64,000 nt of DNA. It comes from an uncultured bacterium (GTDB lineage: Bacteria; Krumholzibacteriota; Krumholzibacteriia; LZORAL124-64-63). The notes below the pieces were generated by a model. It saw only the letters and a list, made by a program, of their open reading frames with translations. It did not search any database and had not been told where the DNA came from. The DNA lies in NCBI GenBank assembly GCA_937910695.1, contig CALEMW010000148.1:237-64236 (forward strand), written 5' to 3'. The translations under genes and the position numbers were made by a program. Every line of letters starts with the position of its first letter. The stretch's first letter is position 1. Below are positions 63,118 to 64,000 of the stretch, piece after piece.

Positions 63118-63711
63118 CTAGAACAGCCAGTTGATGAGTTTGGTCACGACGCCTGGTTCGCTCGCCGCATTCACTGGGCCGGTGCCGTTGTAGGCGATGC
63201 GGGCGTCGGCGATGTGGGTCGAGAGGATCGTATTGTCGGAGCCGATGTCCCGTCCCCGGCACAGTCCGGTGATCTCGATGAGTTGCCGCTCGCCGTTGAT
63301 GTCGACCATGCGGGTTCCCGACAACCGGAAGTCGCCGTTGTGCATGACTTCGACGATGCGGGCAGTGATCTGGGCCTCCAACGAGCCCGAACGCTGGGTC
63401 CGACCGTCGCCGGTGTACTTGTTTTCGGTCTCGATGCCCCAGTTGGTCAGCACATCGAGAAACCCGAGGCCGGGTCCGCCCGAAACCTCTGATTTGTTGT
63501 TCGCGTCGGTCTTGGCCGAGGCGTTGGCCGTGGATTGTTCGACGATCAGGATGGTGACGATGTCTCCCACCACGTGCGCTTTGTAATTGCTGACCAAAGA
63601 GCGCCCGCTTTCGAGATCCACCAGCGGTTCGTTGGCCCGAGCCGCCGTTGTTGCGAGCACCAGCACCGCCATGCCCAGAAAGCCGAGGCCCCGTTTCGCG
63701 TCGTTCATCAT
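63118..63711 (-). CDS. flgH: L-ring protein FlgH
   Basis: KAHVVGDIVTI, ITARIVEV..NG and DI..NTILSTHIADARI. Confidence 0.93.
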   Translation of the reverse strand: MMNDAKRGLGFLGMAVLVLATTAARANEPLVDLESGRSLVSNYKAHVVGDIVTILIVEQSTANASAKTDANNKSEVSGGPGLGFLDVLTNWGIETENKYTGDGRTQRSGSLEAQITARIVEVMHNGDFRLSGTRMVDINGERQLIEITGLCRGRDIGSDNTILSTHIADARIAYNGTGPVNAASEPGVVTKLINWLF

Positions 63712-63712
63712 G

Positions 63713-64000
63713 TCATTTCCTCCAGGAGACCCGTCCGGGTCCTGTCACGCGGCCGGTGATCAGCCGTCCGTCGATTTCATTGCGCACCGTGACGACCTGT
63801 CCTTCAGCGCCGTCTTGTCGGGCTGTCGCCCGCAGGGTGACTTCCACACCGCCACGGCCGAAGACGAGCTCGACCGGTTCGCCCTGACGGACCAGAGGCG
63901 TCCGCTTCATATCCGCATCCCTCAATTCATCGCCGAGGCTGAGAGTCCGCACGGCGGTCATGCCGCTCAATACATGACGCCCGACAGCAACACCTGCATC
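63713..64000 (-). CDS. flgA: P-ring chaperone FlgA (5' end outside window)
   Basis: PLVRQGEPV...ARQDGAEGQVVTVRN...GRVTGPG; upstream of flgH. Confidence 0.88.
   Translation of the reverse strand, partial: DAGVAVGRHVLSGMTAVRTLSLGDELRDADMKRTPLVRQGEPVELVFGRGGVEVTLRATARQDGAEGQVVTVRNEIDGRLITGRVTGPGRVSWRK

Noticed and set aside
1-64000. CRISPR arrays, tRNA/rRNA genes, IS elements or prophage
   Set aside because: No repeat-spacer periodicity, RNA-gene signature, transposase or integrase seen; intergenic gaps are short.

Overview
High-GC bacterial chromosomal window with almost all genes on the minus strand. The left ~24 kb is housekeeping and envelope: topA (5' part only), a DUF494/Smg-like gene, secA, a polyprenol-kinase-like membrane protein, an SLT lytic transglycosylase, an M6-type metalloprotease with a FlgD-Ig/T9SS-like tail, purC-purH-guaA, comEC, a GGDEF protein, an MltD-like LysM transglycosylase, a PorV-like outer-membrane protein and a sigma54 activator. 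The right ~40 kb is a near-complete flagellar cluster: export gate, C-ring, probable Na+-type stator, hook, rod, a two-component system, flgM, an oppositely oriented fliC-fliD-fliS-fliT block, csrA-fliW, and flgLKNJIHA. The SecA insert and the PorV/CTD proteins suggest an FCB-group lineage (inference). Sigma70, sigma54 and sigma28 promoter motifs can be read by eye and outline a tiered regulatory cascade. The most unusual feature is a FliA (sigma28) with a ~68-aa C-terminal tail ending in a hydrophobic/amphipathic segment; it sits next to a degenerate FlhF, small membrane proteins and no flhG. Also notable are a frameshifted flgI, promoters embedded in hairpins, an SLT-fused FlgJ and a non-lipoprotein FlgH. 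No rRNA, tRNA, CRISPR array or mobile element was recognised. All calls are by-eye motif recognition; no database search was run.
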